Source: Eledone cirrhosa
Lineage: Eukaryota
Length of the DNA: 64,000 bases
NCBI GenBank assembly: GCA_964016885.1
Contig: OZ024740.1
Location: forward strand, 128,030,001-128,094,000
Direction: 5' to 3'
Shown: positions 13,549-25,052 of the stretch, piece by piece
Layout of the letters: each line of letters starts with the position of its first letter
Position numbering within the stretch: position 1 is the first letter of the stretch
Program-made: the position numbers and the translations under genes
The notes under the pieces: model-generated
What the model saw: the letters and a program-made list of their open reading frames with translations, nothing else
What the model was told of the DNA's origin: nothing
Databases searched by the model: none

Positions 13549-14067
13549 CTAATTGTAATACGTGACGTATTCTATTCTATAGCGATTAGGTCTTCAAAAT
13601 GTTTATTATAAACATACAGAATATTTTCGAATATTCTATGTCTATATTCACATATATATCGCTATTTCAGAGCATTTATTCCAATTTCTAATTTCTGCCG
13701 GACCGGCAACCGCTCTTTCAAACCAGTTCCTGTACACAGCTAAGTATTCTATAAGTCTCTAGCTGTGTCATTCTCGATAAAAGCACTGGATATGTAGTCC
13801 TGATGAATTCTAACAAGAATGAAACGCGTAGACTTACTTCCCTTGCTTTTGTCGAGAATCTAATTGTAATACGTGACGTATTCTATTCTATAGCGATTAG
13901 GTCTTCAAAATGTTTATTATAAACATACAGAATATTTTCGAATATTCTATGTCTATATTCATATATATACATATATATACATATATATATATGAATATAT
14001 ATATATATATACATATCATATATTAATTTATACTAATTTGTATATATATATATATATATATACACTT

Positions 14068-14098
<31 letters not shown>

Positions 14099-14150
14099 TA
14101 TATATACATATGCATATATATATACATATGCATATATATATATATATATA

Positions 14151-15136
14151 CAAATTAGTATAAATTAATATATGATAAACACTAATACAATTATATAAGT
14201 GTTTGTATTGCAAATGACCAAGTTAGCTAGATTGAAAAATACTAATTAAATTAATACAGTTTGCCTGTCTCGATTTAAAATAATAAATCAATAAAAACAA
14301 ACCCATATTTACAATAGCCGTGATACCGGGACAAATTTAAATTTCAAAACCCAAACCTGTTCCGCAGACAAATTTAAATTTCAAAACCCAAATTCGTTTC
14401 GCAACGATAAGTGAAAAATGTGAAAAATTCCATTTCTGTGCTCTTCGGCAGGTATCCAGAAAATTGGTATGTTTCACCTCAAAATACTTAGGAGGACTGA
14501 TAAGCAAGTGTTGAACGCACATGGTTTTTCAGCGCCTAGCTAGTCCTATACTCGTGCTGCTAGAAATAACAGCCGTTTTTATGGGACTAAAATGTAGCTC
14601 AACAAAAGGAGCCGTTAATACTATATATAGAGTTATAAACTCAAACAGTCTTTTACAATTAAATAGCTCAAAGAAAGAGGTATTTCTGAGCCGTGAAATA
14701 CAAATTAGTATAAATTAATATATGATAAACACTAATACAATTATATAAGTGTTTGTATTGCAAATGACCAAGTTAGCTAGATTGAAAAATACTAATTAAA
14801 TTAATACAGTTTGCCTGTCTCGATTTAAAATAATAAATCAATAAAAACAAACCCATATTGGCAATAGCCGTGATACCTGGACAAATTTAAATTTCAAAAC
14901 CGTTTAAATTTCAAAATCGTTGCGAAACGAATTTGGGTTTTGAAATTTAAATTTGTCCAGGTATCACGGCTATTGGCAATATGGGTTTGTTTTTATCGAT
15001 TTATTATTTTAAATCGAAACAGGCAAACTGTATTAATTTAATTAGTATTTTTCAATCTAGCTAACTTGGTCATTTGCAATACAAACACTTATATAATTGT
15101 ATTAGTGTTTATCATATATTAATTTATACTAATTTG
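14151..15136 (-). mobile_element. Non-coding ~550-bp tandem unit (1.4 copies plus an inverted segment) carrying a hammerhead
   Basis: caaattagtataaattaat at 14151 and 14701; inverted copy at 14917-15136; HHR at 14322-14456; family fragments at 32186-32260 and 62388-62865. Confidence 0.75.
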
Positions 15137-15250
15137 AGTTCAAATCCCGCCGAGGTTGACTTTGCCTTTCATCCTTACGGGGTCGATAAAATAAAGTACC
15201 AGTAATGCACTGGGTAATTGCTGGCCTTGTGCCTAAAGTAGAAACAATTA
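15135..15250 (+). mobile_element. 5'-truncated tRNA-derived SINE
   Basis: gagttcaaatcccgccgaggttgactttgcc..gcctaaagtagaaac. Confidence 0.85.
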
Positions 15251-15357
15251 ATTTATACTAATTTGTATATATATATATATATGTGTATATGTATATATAT
15301 ATGCATATGTATATATATATATGTATATGTGTGTGTGTGTGTGTAAGTGTATATATG

Positions 15358-15476
<119 letters not shown>

Positions 15477-15488
15477 TAGCTAGAGCTA

Positions 15489-18048
15489 AACTTAGAAATA
15501 TTATAGAACAGTATAGCAAGAAACATAATAGAATGAAGGCCCAGCAACTGGGAGAAAAATCTGCAAATGGCTTGCATAAGCTCATGCAGCGCTCACGTAA
15601 TGGAGAGATAGCATGCTTTCCAACAGCCAAGCCTGGCAGAATGTCGGTTAACAGTCTGCCAAACTACATCCAGGCAATGCAACCCCACATCACTAACACA
15701 CGAGAAGTAACACCACAAGAGCATGAGGATAGAGAAAAAGCCATCAATGCCCATATGATGATGTGGACAAATATAATGCAGCCCAACAAAAGGACGGCCA
15801 ACAACTTCCAGGCCTGGAACAATGACGTGCCAGCGTTGTATGGGCTTCGAAAAGACCATAAAACGAGCAGTGACCCTGTCAAAGGACCATCAACACGGCC
15901 AGTCTGTGGAGCTAATATTGCTAGTAACTACAGACTGTCCTACTTCCTCTCCAGGATCATACGCCCGATCATTGAAATGTCCCCAGATGTATGTGACAGC
16001 ACGTAGGACCTCCTCAGCGAAATCGGCGAGAGTAACCGATCTAGGGACCTAATAAACTGCATAATAGGTAGTATGGATGTTGTGTCGCTGTATCTATCTA
16101 TTGACGTAGATTTTGCTGTGGAGAAATGCGTAGAAATGTTCAGTGAGATCAATGTTGAATTCCGTGGGATTGATACCAGTGAGCTGGGACTCCTACTTAA
16201 ACTTACCTATATTAATAATTATCTAGACACATATGACCTTAGCAACCTGTGCCCTACAAGACCAGCAAGAGGCAGACCACCAACCATTACCTCAATGGCC
16301 AAGAAAACCCACACAGATAGCTGGAACGGGTGGACCAGAGCCATTCGGACCCCCTAAAACTAAAGAAAATTATTGCACATGCGGTGGGGGCCAGAATAAA
16401 ATTAACCCTTAAGGAACATATGTTCAAATTTAATGGAAAAACATATGCCCAAGACGAGGGAGCAGCAATTGGTGTTAGCATTGCAGGCGACATAGCTAAC
16501 CTATTCATGGTATGGTGGGACAGTAGACTTAAACTTAAACTTAAAGAACAATTAGAAGACCCTTTAACCCTGATAATTTACTCCCGCTACGTTGATGATA
16601 TAAATATCGTAGTTAAAACACCCCCACTAGAGAACAGTCAGGAATTAGAGAAAAACACAATGGAAAGCAACCAGAAAATAGCTAACTCCATCCACCACAG
16701 TATTAGAGTTACAATAGACTACCCAAGCAAACACCCCAACCATCGATTACCTGTACTAGACACAGAGCTCTGGTTAGATACCATTAATAACAAAAAATAA
16801 ATCCTCCATTCCCATTATGCCAAACCCATGACTTCCAAATATTTGATCCACCGAAACTCAGCTATTTCGGACTATACCAATATCAACATACTGATTGCGG
16901 ATTTGGTACGGGTGATGAGAAACGTGTCCCGCATGTGCAACCCCGAAGAACTAGAGAGACACATACAACACTTCATCCACCGTATGCAGTTCTCTGGTTA
17001 CAATCAGAGAGTTAAAATCAGAGTGTATAGAGGAGTCAGAACCAAATGGGAAAAAATGGTAAATAATGACACAAATGGGACCTGCCTCTTGTATAGGAGC
17101 AAATTTTGGAATAGAATAGAAAGAACTGGGAATAAGGCTAATAGAATAAACTCATGGTATGATAGCAATAAATACCAGAGTGTAATGTTCATCGATACAC
17201 TCCCTAGAGGTGAATTAGCTTACCAATTTAGAAGGGCTCTAGATAAACATAAACTCAATATTAAGATAGTAGAAAGACCAGGTACCTCCATAAAAACACT
17301 TATTAGGAAGACATACCCTTTTCAAAGACCTCCCTGTACAGATAAGAAATGTATAATCTATAAATTAAGCCCCCATATTAACTGGAAAACTAGAAATGTA
17401 GTATAGAGCATAAGATGTACTGAGGACAATGTAAAGATAAGAATATAGTCTACATAGGTGAGACAGCTCGTAGTATAGGGGAACGGATAAATGAACACTG
17501 GCGAGACCTTCAAGATAGTAAAGAATCATTTGTACTCTACCAACATGCTAAAATAGAACATAAGGGTAAATTAGAGAACATAGAAATAAAAATAGAATAT
17601 ACACACAGAAAAGACGCAATGTTTAGACAAATCATAGAGTCAATAAACATAAATGTATTACAACCAAAATTAAATAGAAAACATGAGTGGAACAGCAACA
17701 TCACAGCTTACAATTAAGGACAAAATGAAAACACACACGCACATAGAACAAACAACCAACCAGTAACATGTAAATAAACAAATAAATAAGCACACTAAGC
17801 ACACAACACACACAAAAATAAGATGGGGTATGACAGAACAAAGGAGTGGCACAAAAAAACAAAGAAAAGAATCCCAGTCACTGAAGAGGTCACAGAATGT
17901 GTGATGAAAGAACTTTGACAATATATAAACAACCATCCGGTTGTGGAACCAACCAACCAACCGGAAATTTATAAATTCCTAAATTAATAAATTTATTGTA
18001 ATAAATTGAAGTGAAAGCTACAATTGCGGCTAAACAAATTCAGAAACG

Positions 18049-18051
<3 letters not shown>
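15489..18051 (+). mobile_element. Penelope-like element family A, copy 1 (5'-truncated, disrupted RT-GIY-YIG)
   Basis: ORF pieces contain LYGLRKDHK, RPVCGA, MDVVSLY, GAAIG, YSRYVDD, LPVLD and a later YIGETARSIGERINEH; hammerhead at 17877-17919; (TA)n flanks. Confidence 0.92.
17877..17919 (+). ncRNA. Minimal hammerhead in the PLE-A terminal region (copy 2 at 51590-51632; relatives at 8205 and 19228)
   Basis: gtca-CTGAAGA-ggtcaca..tgtgat-GAA-AG-aa-CT-T-tgac. Confidence 0.8.
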
Positions 18052-18099
<48 letters not shown>

Positions 18100-18262
18100 A
18101 AAATCTTCAAGACTCCGAGGGCTATTTCTGGACCAGAAAGAGACGTTAAAACGGCTTCCGATCTGGGGCCTTGAAGATTTTCCTATTACCCACTGTACTA
18201 CCCTAAGTATTGAGTACACTGGTGCATTATGGTCCACTTGGTTCCTTACCACACTTCCTTCG

Positions 18263-18338
<76 letters not shown>

Positions 18339-18788
18339 GGAAATAATGAATTCGCTTGTAGTTCTAAACAATTTGATTTAATTTTATAATATTATGATTT
18401 GGAAGGTGTATTAAGTTCTTTGTTAACTTCGGTGAGGAGAATTTTAAAGATTCCTGGTTAACTTCCCTGAGATCAGGTTGTGCTGTGGTGTGTAACTCTA
18501 TATATGAGAGATTTGGGTATGTCTTGGGGAGGGGTGTTACTGAGTGTGGGAGTGAAGGAATGTTGATGAAGATTTAAAGGAATTGAATAATCAAAACCGT
18601 AGCGGTATGTCACATATAAAATCTTATATTTTGTCTGTTGAAAACGTACATAAACACCATTGTACCTTTGAAATATGTATAATAACATACATATTTTGAT
18701 TATGAGAATATTTTTCATTTATAAACATTTTGACCTATATATATATATATATAATAAATAACAAAGAACGCCTATAGCATATGCATAT

Positions 18789-18846
18789 CTTTACTTGCTA
18801 ACATTGTTTCATCCGCACTATAAGTGGGACTCATCAGAGCATAAAG
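18789..18846 (-). ncRNA. Minimal type I hammerhead (GUU site)
   Basis: ctttatgct-CTGATGA-gtcccact(tat)agtgcggat-GAA-AC-aat-GT-T-agcaagtaaag. Confidence 0.85.
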
Positions 18847-19446
18847 GTTAATTACATACCATACAAGCAATAACAAATCCAAGACATTGAAGAATGAAAA
18901 ATAATAGAAGATAAAGGATATTAAGGAAGTAATATACTGCCTGCTGGATAAGTGGAGTGTTATACACCCCTGATCCTCTCCCTAGTATACTATATATATA
19001 TATCCTTGTTTCTGCAAGGTTTTTTATATGAAATCGTGTGTCGAAACAAATATTGTTATACTTGGGGAGGGTCATTGTTATAATATGGCAAGAAATAATA
19101 ACAGTTTGGTGTGGGTTGGTTTTCGCTGTATCTTTTATATCTCCATAGTTAATTTATTTGGCAATCAATGTTTATCATTAATTGACCATCGGTTAAAATT
19201 ACAGATATATAATAGATATATAGTCTATCAATGTTCTTTCCTCGCACATTTGCAACTTCATCAGTGGTAATTTTATGTGTCCTCCTATTGTATTGTGATG
19301 TCTATTTTATTTTATTTATTTATTTATTATATATCAGAGAAGCAACTGAGATACAACTAAAACTTTCTAATGAAGTATTCTTCTTTAAAATTCCGGAAAT
19401 GTTCGTTGTCCGACCATACCTTAAAATTTGTAAATCAGTGGCTAGG

Positions 19447-19830
19447 TGAGAGATAGTCCTGTCGGGTGCCAGTTGCTAATAGCTTTACCGTGTCGGTTGT
19501 CACAAACAGTCATGACTGGCATGGGCTGGTGTTTGGATTCTGTCGATCGATTGGTTATTGATTATGCGATACCCGCTGATGAAGCCGCATAAGCCGATTG
19601 TGCATTATTGCATAATATATGCAGAGAGATGGTGCAGTGCAACTTACTGCTGCATTAGTGCGGCAGACACTCGTGTCCGGGAACCTTATAGGCACCCGTT
19701 TTACGTGTGTTGTGTTGAGGCAAATAACTATGTGTATACTCTGGTAATGTATCTTACATTGCCCATTGAATGCGCTGAGATACAACCGGTACTGTCATTG
19801 ATAAATATGCTGGGTCCGTCAAGCCTTATA
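19447..19830 (+). mobile_element. ~380-bp dispersed repeat with a large-loop hammerhead (inverted copy 51895-52275)
   Basis: Clear reverse-complement match between the two loci; HHR at 19572-19681 (+) and 52043-52152 (-). Confidence 0.8.
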
Positions 19831-20788
19831 TATATACACTCCGCACGCCATCTCACAGTCTGTGGCCTACTCCAGTGCCACGGAACACCCGCCCATCGCC
19901 TTACGGTCGAACAACGCACTATCTTCATCTTACAGGCCCACACTCCCCCCCGGCCTGAACTCCCCACCCTTATTCCTTTAGCGTTCGACCCCCCCCCACG
20001 TATCCCCCACTAACACCACTAACACACCCCTCCTTTTCACCGCCCACCCCACACTAACATTACTAACACCTCCACTCCACCCCTCCTCTGACCACACTTC
20101 CCCAACTAACATACTAACATTCCCTTCCCTCCCCTCTTCTCCTCCTCCCCCCTCCTTATCACACGCACACACGCACCCACTTACACCACCCAACCCGCAC
20201 GCAACTAACATGACTAACACCCCCCAACCCCACGCACACGTACCCACACACCCTCGTACACCACCAACTCTACACACCCTACCACCACTAACCCCCACTC
20301 ACACCTGCATTCCACCCCTCCCCACCTCCCGTATACTAACACCCACTAACACCTCTTCACCAAACTACACACACACCAGTACACCACACTCCCTCCACAG
20401 AACCACACACACCCTTCTCTCCCCGCTCTCCCCCAACCCTCACTTTCACATACACACACACACACACACACACGCACACCTATCCACACACACCACCTTC
20501 AGCCCTCCCCGCTCGGACACCCCGTCTCGCTCTCCCCACTCCACCCGCCACCACCCCTACTCACCCCACGCCCTTCCACCACCTGTTTACCCCCTTTTAA
20601 TTTCAGTTTATTTTGATCATGCCATTATTTTTAAATTTTCTCATTCCTTGTATTTTGATCATGCTTTATTTTTATTTATTATATTTTTCGTCTTTATTTG
20701 TTAATGTTTCATTCGCACCGTTTCCTTTCGCTATATGTCTCTCCACCACTCCCTACACACCTTTTGAACTCTGTTCCCACACACTTCT

Positions 20789-20823
20789 CACCTGAAGAAG
20801 GGCTTATGCCCGAAACGTCGTCC
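20789..20823 (+). ncRNA. Minimal hammerhead of PLE-B
   Basis: CTGAAGA-a-gggc(ttat)gccc-GAA-ACGT-C with a palindromic ACGT helix III; helix I is weak; AATAAA follows at about 20858. Confidence 0.75.
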
Positions 20824-21333
20824 CCCACCTACCCCCCACTCTCCTGAGCGTGAATTTAATAAACATTTATTGTACTGCCTCTCTGTTCTGTCCCTGTTCA
20901 ATTTTTCATTATATATAACACACGCTCACACGGCTTCCATCCTTGGAACTTAACTTAACAACCGGCTCAACCCCGATCTAATCCGCCGTGACCTTTCTCC
21001 GAACTTTACACACCTTCCCACACTTTGTCTTTCCTTCCACACATTACCTCTGTTTGATTTTGTTACCGTACCCTTTTTTTTCCGTATAAGATTCTTTGCC
21101 TGTGTTCTTACAATTGTATTTCTATGATTTTTTGTTCACGATCGCCTGTGTTATTACCTTTATGATTTTTTGTCTTTAATTTTCCGCTGTATACTCCCCC
21201 CTCCCTACGTTTTTCTGTTTCTTTTTCTCTTACCCGTCACTGCCTATCCTTCGCACTCACCCCTTCGTTCACTCCACCCCGCTTCACACCCCCGCCCTCT
21301 CATCCCTCCCCCTGCTCTCACCCAACGCCCATC

Positions 21334-24140
21334 ATGCCCAACCTGAGATCCTTTCTCCACCAACTCCACAATCGCCTCAAACTTTTCCTCACCCCCCTCC
21401 TTCCACGCTGCTACCCCCCCTCCGCCCTTCAACTCTCCTACTTTCTCTTCGCCAAAACCCGGCACTCCAGCCACATCCATTTCCTCAGCCACTGCCTCCG
21501 CCTCCACCTTATCCCCCTCGGCTTCCGTCTACACTTCCACCCCTCCCCGCTGCTTCCCCCTCCACGCAACATATCCTCACCCGATCCTCACGCCTTCTGA
21601 TGCGCAACTCCATCCGCGCCTCCCGTTCCACCCTCCGCCTAACTTACCACCAACTGACCCCCACCCTCCTCCGCCTTTACTTCACCTGCCACCCCCTCCT
21701 CGCCAAAGCCATCCTCTCCTTCATCCACAACCTCAACCACAACCTCTTCTCGTTCCTCAGCTCCACCAAAGCCCGCAAGCTACACTCACTCCTCTCCCCC
21801 CCCCCCATTCACCACCACCCGCCCATCCCCATACGCCCACCACTCTCCATCTCTCCCCCGACCCACACCCCTACCCAATCTCCACCCTCCACATCACCCC
21901 TCACCACACCCTCCCTTCCCTCCCCAAACACCCAAACCCCACCCCTTGTTGTCACCATACCCCCTGACCTCCCCCTCTCCGCACCTGAGCGCTCACGCCT
22001 TAGTAGAGGCCTTCGCTTCATACCCCACACTCCGCTCAGCGACGGGTTCCGCACCCGAACGGAAGTCGAGCGATTCGTGCGACGCACTAAGCTACAGGCA
22101 CATTTCAGCCGAACGCCACCGGCTCCGGACGCCCCAGACCCGTTTCTCGCCCTGGGCCGACGACCATCTTCTTGGACGCCGGCCCCAGGGCAATTTAGCA
22201 CCCTGGACGCCTTCGTCGATGCCAGCCGTAGCGCAGTAAATCGTTTCGACTTCCGCCACCGTTCCAAACGGCACAACATCTCACGGGGCGAACTCCTCGC
22301 TCTCCGCTCCCTCCGTAGCCGAGATGATATCGTCATCAAACCGGCGGACAAGGGAGGCGCCGTGGTGGTATGGCGCGCGGACCTCTACACGGCCGAAGCC
22401 CTCAGGCAGCTCTGTAACCCCCTCTTTTACCGCCCTCTACACTCCGAAATCACCCTCCTCTAACAACAACAAGTCTCCTCCATCATCAAAGACCTTATCG
22501 CCTCCTCCCTCCTCCCCCCACCGCTTCCCACCTCATCGTCCGCATCCCCCGCACTCCCACCATCTACTTCCTCCCCAAACTCCACAAACCCGACAACCCC
22601 GGCCGCCCCATCGTCTCCGCTTGCAACTGCCCCACCGAACTCATCTCCGCCTTTCTCGACTCCCTCCTCGCCCCCCTTGTCACCACCCTCCCCTCCCACA
22701 TCTCCGACACCAACCACGCCCTGCGCCTTTTCGACTCCTTCACCTACCTACCCGGCCCTCAGCCATTCCTCTTCACCCTAGACATCAAGTCCCTCTATAC
22801 CGTCATCCCCCACGCCGACGGCCTTCGCGCCCTCAAACACTACCTCGACCTTCGCCCCTCCCCCATTCCCTCCACCCCCACCCTCATTCGCCTCGCCGAG
22901 CTGGTCCTCACCCTAAATTGTTTCTCCTTCTCGGGTGAGTTTTACCAACAGGTCACGGGGGTAGCCATGGGTACAAGAATGGGCCCGAACTATGCCAACC
23001 TATTTGTTTGCCATGTTGAGGCCCAAATTTTTGCCCAGTACACCGGCCCCACGCCCGAACTGTACGGTCGTTACATCGACGACTGTATCGGAGCCACGAC
23101 CCTCACCCGAGAACAGCTCGACTCCTTTTTCTCCTTCTTCTGCTCCTTCCACCCCTACCGCCACTTCACCACCTCTATCTCCACCACCCACGTCCACTTC
23201 TTAGACATCTCCGTCGCCTTCGACCCCTCCCACCACTCCCTCGTCACCTCCGCCTTCTTCAAACCCACCGACTCCCACTCTTACCTCGACTTCACCTCTT
23301 CCCACCCCACACACACTAAACACTCTATTCCCTACTCCCAACTCCTCAGGATCCGCCGCCTCTGTAGCCGAGATGCTGACTTCGAGTCCCAGGCCCTTTC
23401 CCAATTCAGCCATTTCATCCGCAGAGCTTACCCCCCTCTCTCGTCCACACCGCTCTCACCCGCGCCCGTGCTGTCCACCGCTCCACCACCCTCACCCCAC
23501 GCCACCGCACACCCACCCACCGTCTCCCCTTCCCCATCACCTACCACCCCTCCACCTTACCCCTCCACCGCACCATCCGCCGCCTCTTCCGACGCCTCCA
23601 GTCCGACCCCTCCACCTCCCACATCTTCCCAACCCCACCACTCCCCTCCGTCAAACGCGCACGCAATCTCCGCACCCTCCTCGTCCACAGCTCCCTACCC
23701 CCCAACCCACGCTCCGGTTCCCCCCCCGGTTCCTTCCCCTGTTCTAGGCCCCAATGCAACACCTGTCCCTACATCACCAACACCACCACCTTCCAGGGTC
23801 CCAACGGCCACTCTTTCTCGGTCCGGCATGCCTTCCGCTGCACCTCCTCCAACCTAGTCTACGGACTTCGTTGCACGGAGTGCAGCGCGACTTATGTCGG
23901 ACAGACGGGACGTCGCCTGGCGGACCGAGTCACGGAGCACCTCCGGGATATTCGTCTCGGGGGCAGTTCCCCCATCGCCCGCCACTTTGGTGGCCCTGGA
24001 CACTCCGCACGTCATCTCACAGTCTGTGGCCTACTCCAGTGCCACGGAACACCCGCCCATCGCCTTACGGTCGAACAACGCAGTATCTTCATCTTACAGA
24101 CCCACACTACCCCGGCCTGAACTCCCCACCCTTATTCCTT
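21334..24140 (+). pseudogene. PLE-B RT/GIY-YIG polyprotein, disrupted by stops and frameshifts
   Basis: ORF-track pieces 21334-21600, 21600-22463 and 22967-23857, plus alternative frames that carry the RT and endonuclease motifs. Confidence 0.88.
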
Positions 24141-24790
24141 TAGCGTACGACCGCCCCCCTCCCCCCACACTTATCCCCCACTAACACCACTAACACACCC
24201 CTCCTTTTCACCGCCCACCCCACACTAACATTACTAACACCTCCACTCCACCCCTCATCTGACCACCCTTCCCCAACTAACATACTAACACCCCCCCCCC
24301 CCCCCTCTTCTCCTCCTTCCCCCTCCATATCACACGCACACACGCACACACTTACACCACCCACCCCACACGCAACTAACATGACTAACACCCCCCAACC
24401 CCACGCACACGTACCCACACACCCTCGTACACCACCAACTCTACGCACCCTACCACCACTAACCCCCACTCACACCTGCATTCCACCCTCCCCACCTCCC
24501 GTATACTAACACCCACTAACACCTCTTCACCAAACTACACACACACCGGTACACCACACTCCCTCCACAGAACCACACACACCCTTCTCTCCCCGCTCCA
24601 CACTCACTCATCCCACTAACACCCCTACTAACACACACACACACACACACACCCTCCTCACTCCAACTCTCACACCTACTCATCCTCGCCTCCCTACCAT
24701 TCCGCCGACTGCTGCTATGCCCTTCCGACCACCTCTCAGCACCAACTGACCACAGCACTCCCACTGCTGACCACTTCCTGTTGCGCGCGG

Positions 24791-24840
<50 letters not shown>

Positions 24841-24845
<5 letters not shown>

Positions 24846-25052
24846 TAAACGGAATAGAAAATGCTGATAAATTATTGACAGTTGAAAAATAGTTTAATTA
24901 GGAATAAAAGAGTATTAGTAATTGTATTGGTTAGTATTCAGTTGTGGTTTTAAGTTTTTACCGGTTGCGCATTTCTAAATGCTTTTTAAAAATAATTTTG
25001 AGATAGAGCGTCCGTGCTGTTAGCTCTGATCAGATTAGTTTTGGGAATTCTA
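24841..25052 (-). mobile_element. Solo fragment of the PLE-C terminal repeat
   Basis: attggtaaacggaatagaaaatgctga..gggaattctac matches 42864-43084. Confidence 0.85.

Larger units (their letters stand above)
11145..13961. mobile_element. Non-coding 311-bp tandem array with one hammerhead per unit (non-LTR retrozyme-like), with an internal polarity switch
   Basis: Units start at 11146, 11457, 11768, 12079, 12390, 12701 and 13012 (period 311). About 2.35 inverted units follow at 13230-13961. Both flanks are (TA)n and there is no ORF. Confidence 0.92.
19837..24795 (+). mobile_element. C-rich Penelope-like element family B (Neptune-like), partial tandem
   Basis: Frameshifted ORF at 21334-24140 contains HIHFLSHC..LIPLGF, IKPADKGGAVVVW, GVAMGTRMGPNYANLF, RYIDD, a CxxxxCxxC knuckle and NLVY..YVGQTGRRL; 19837-20428 is directly repeated at 24001-24598. 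Confidence 0.93.

Noticed and set aside
11145-13961. CRISPR array or ordinary satellite
   Set aside because: Units are repeated end to end with no unique spacers and no cas genes; the embedded hammerhead and (TA)n flanks favour a retrozyme-like element.
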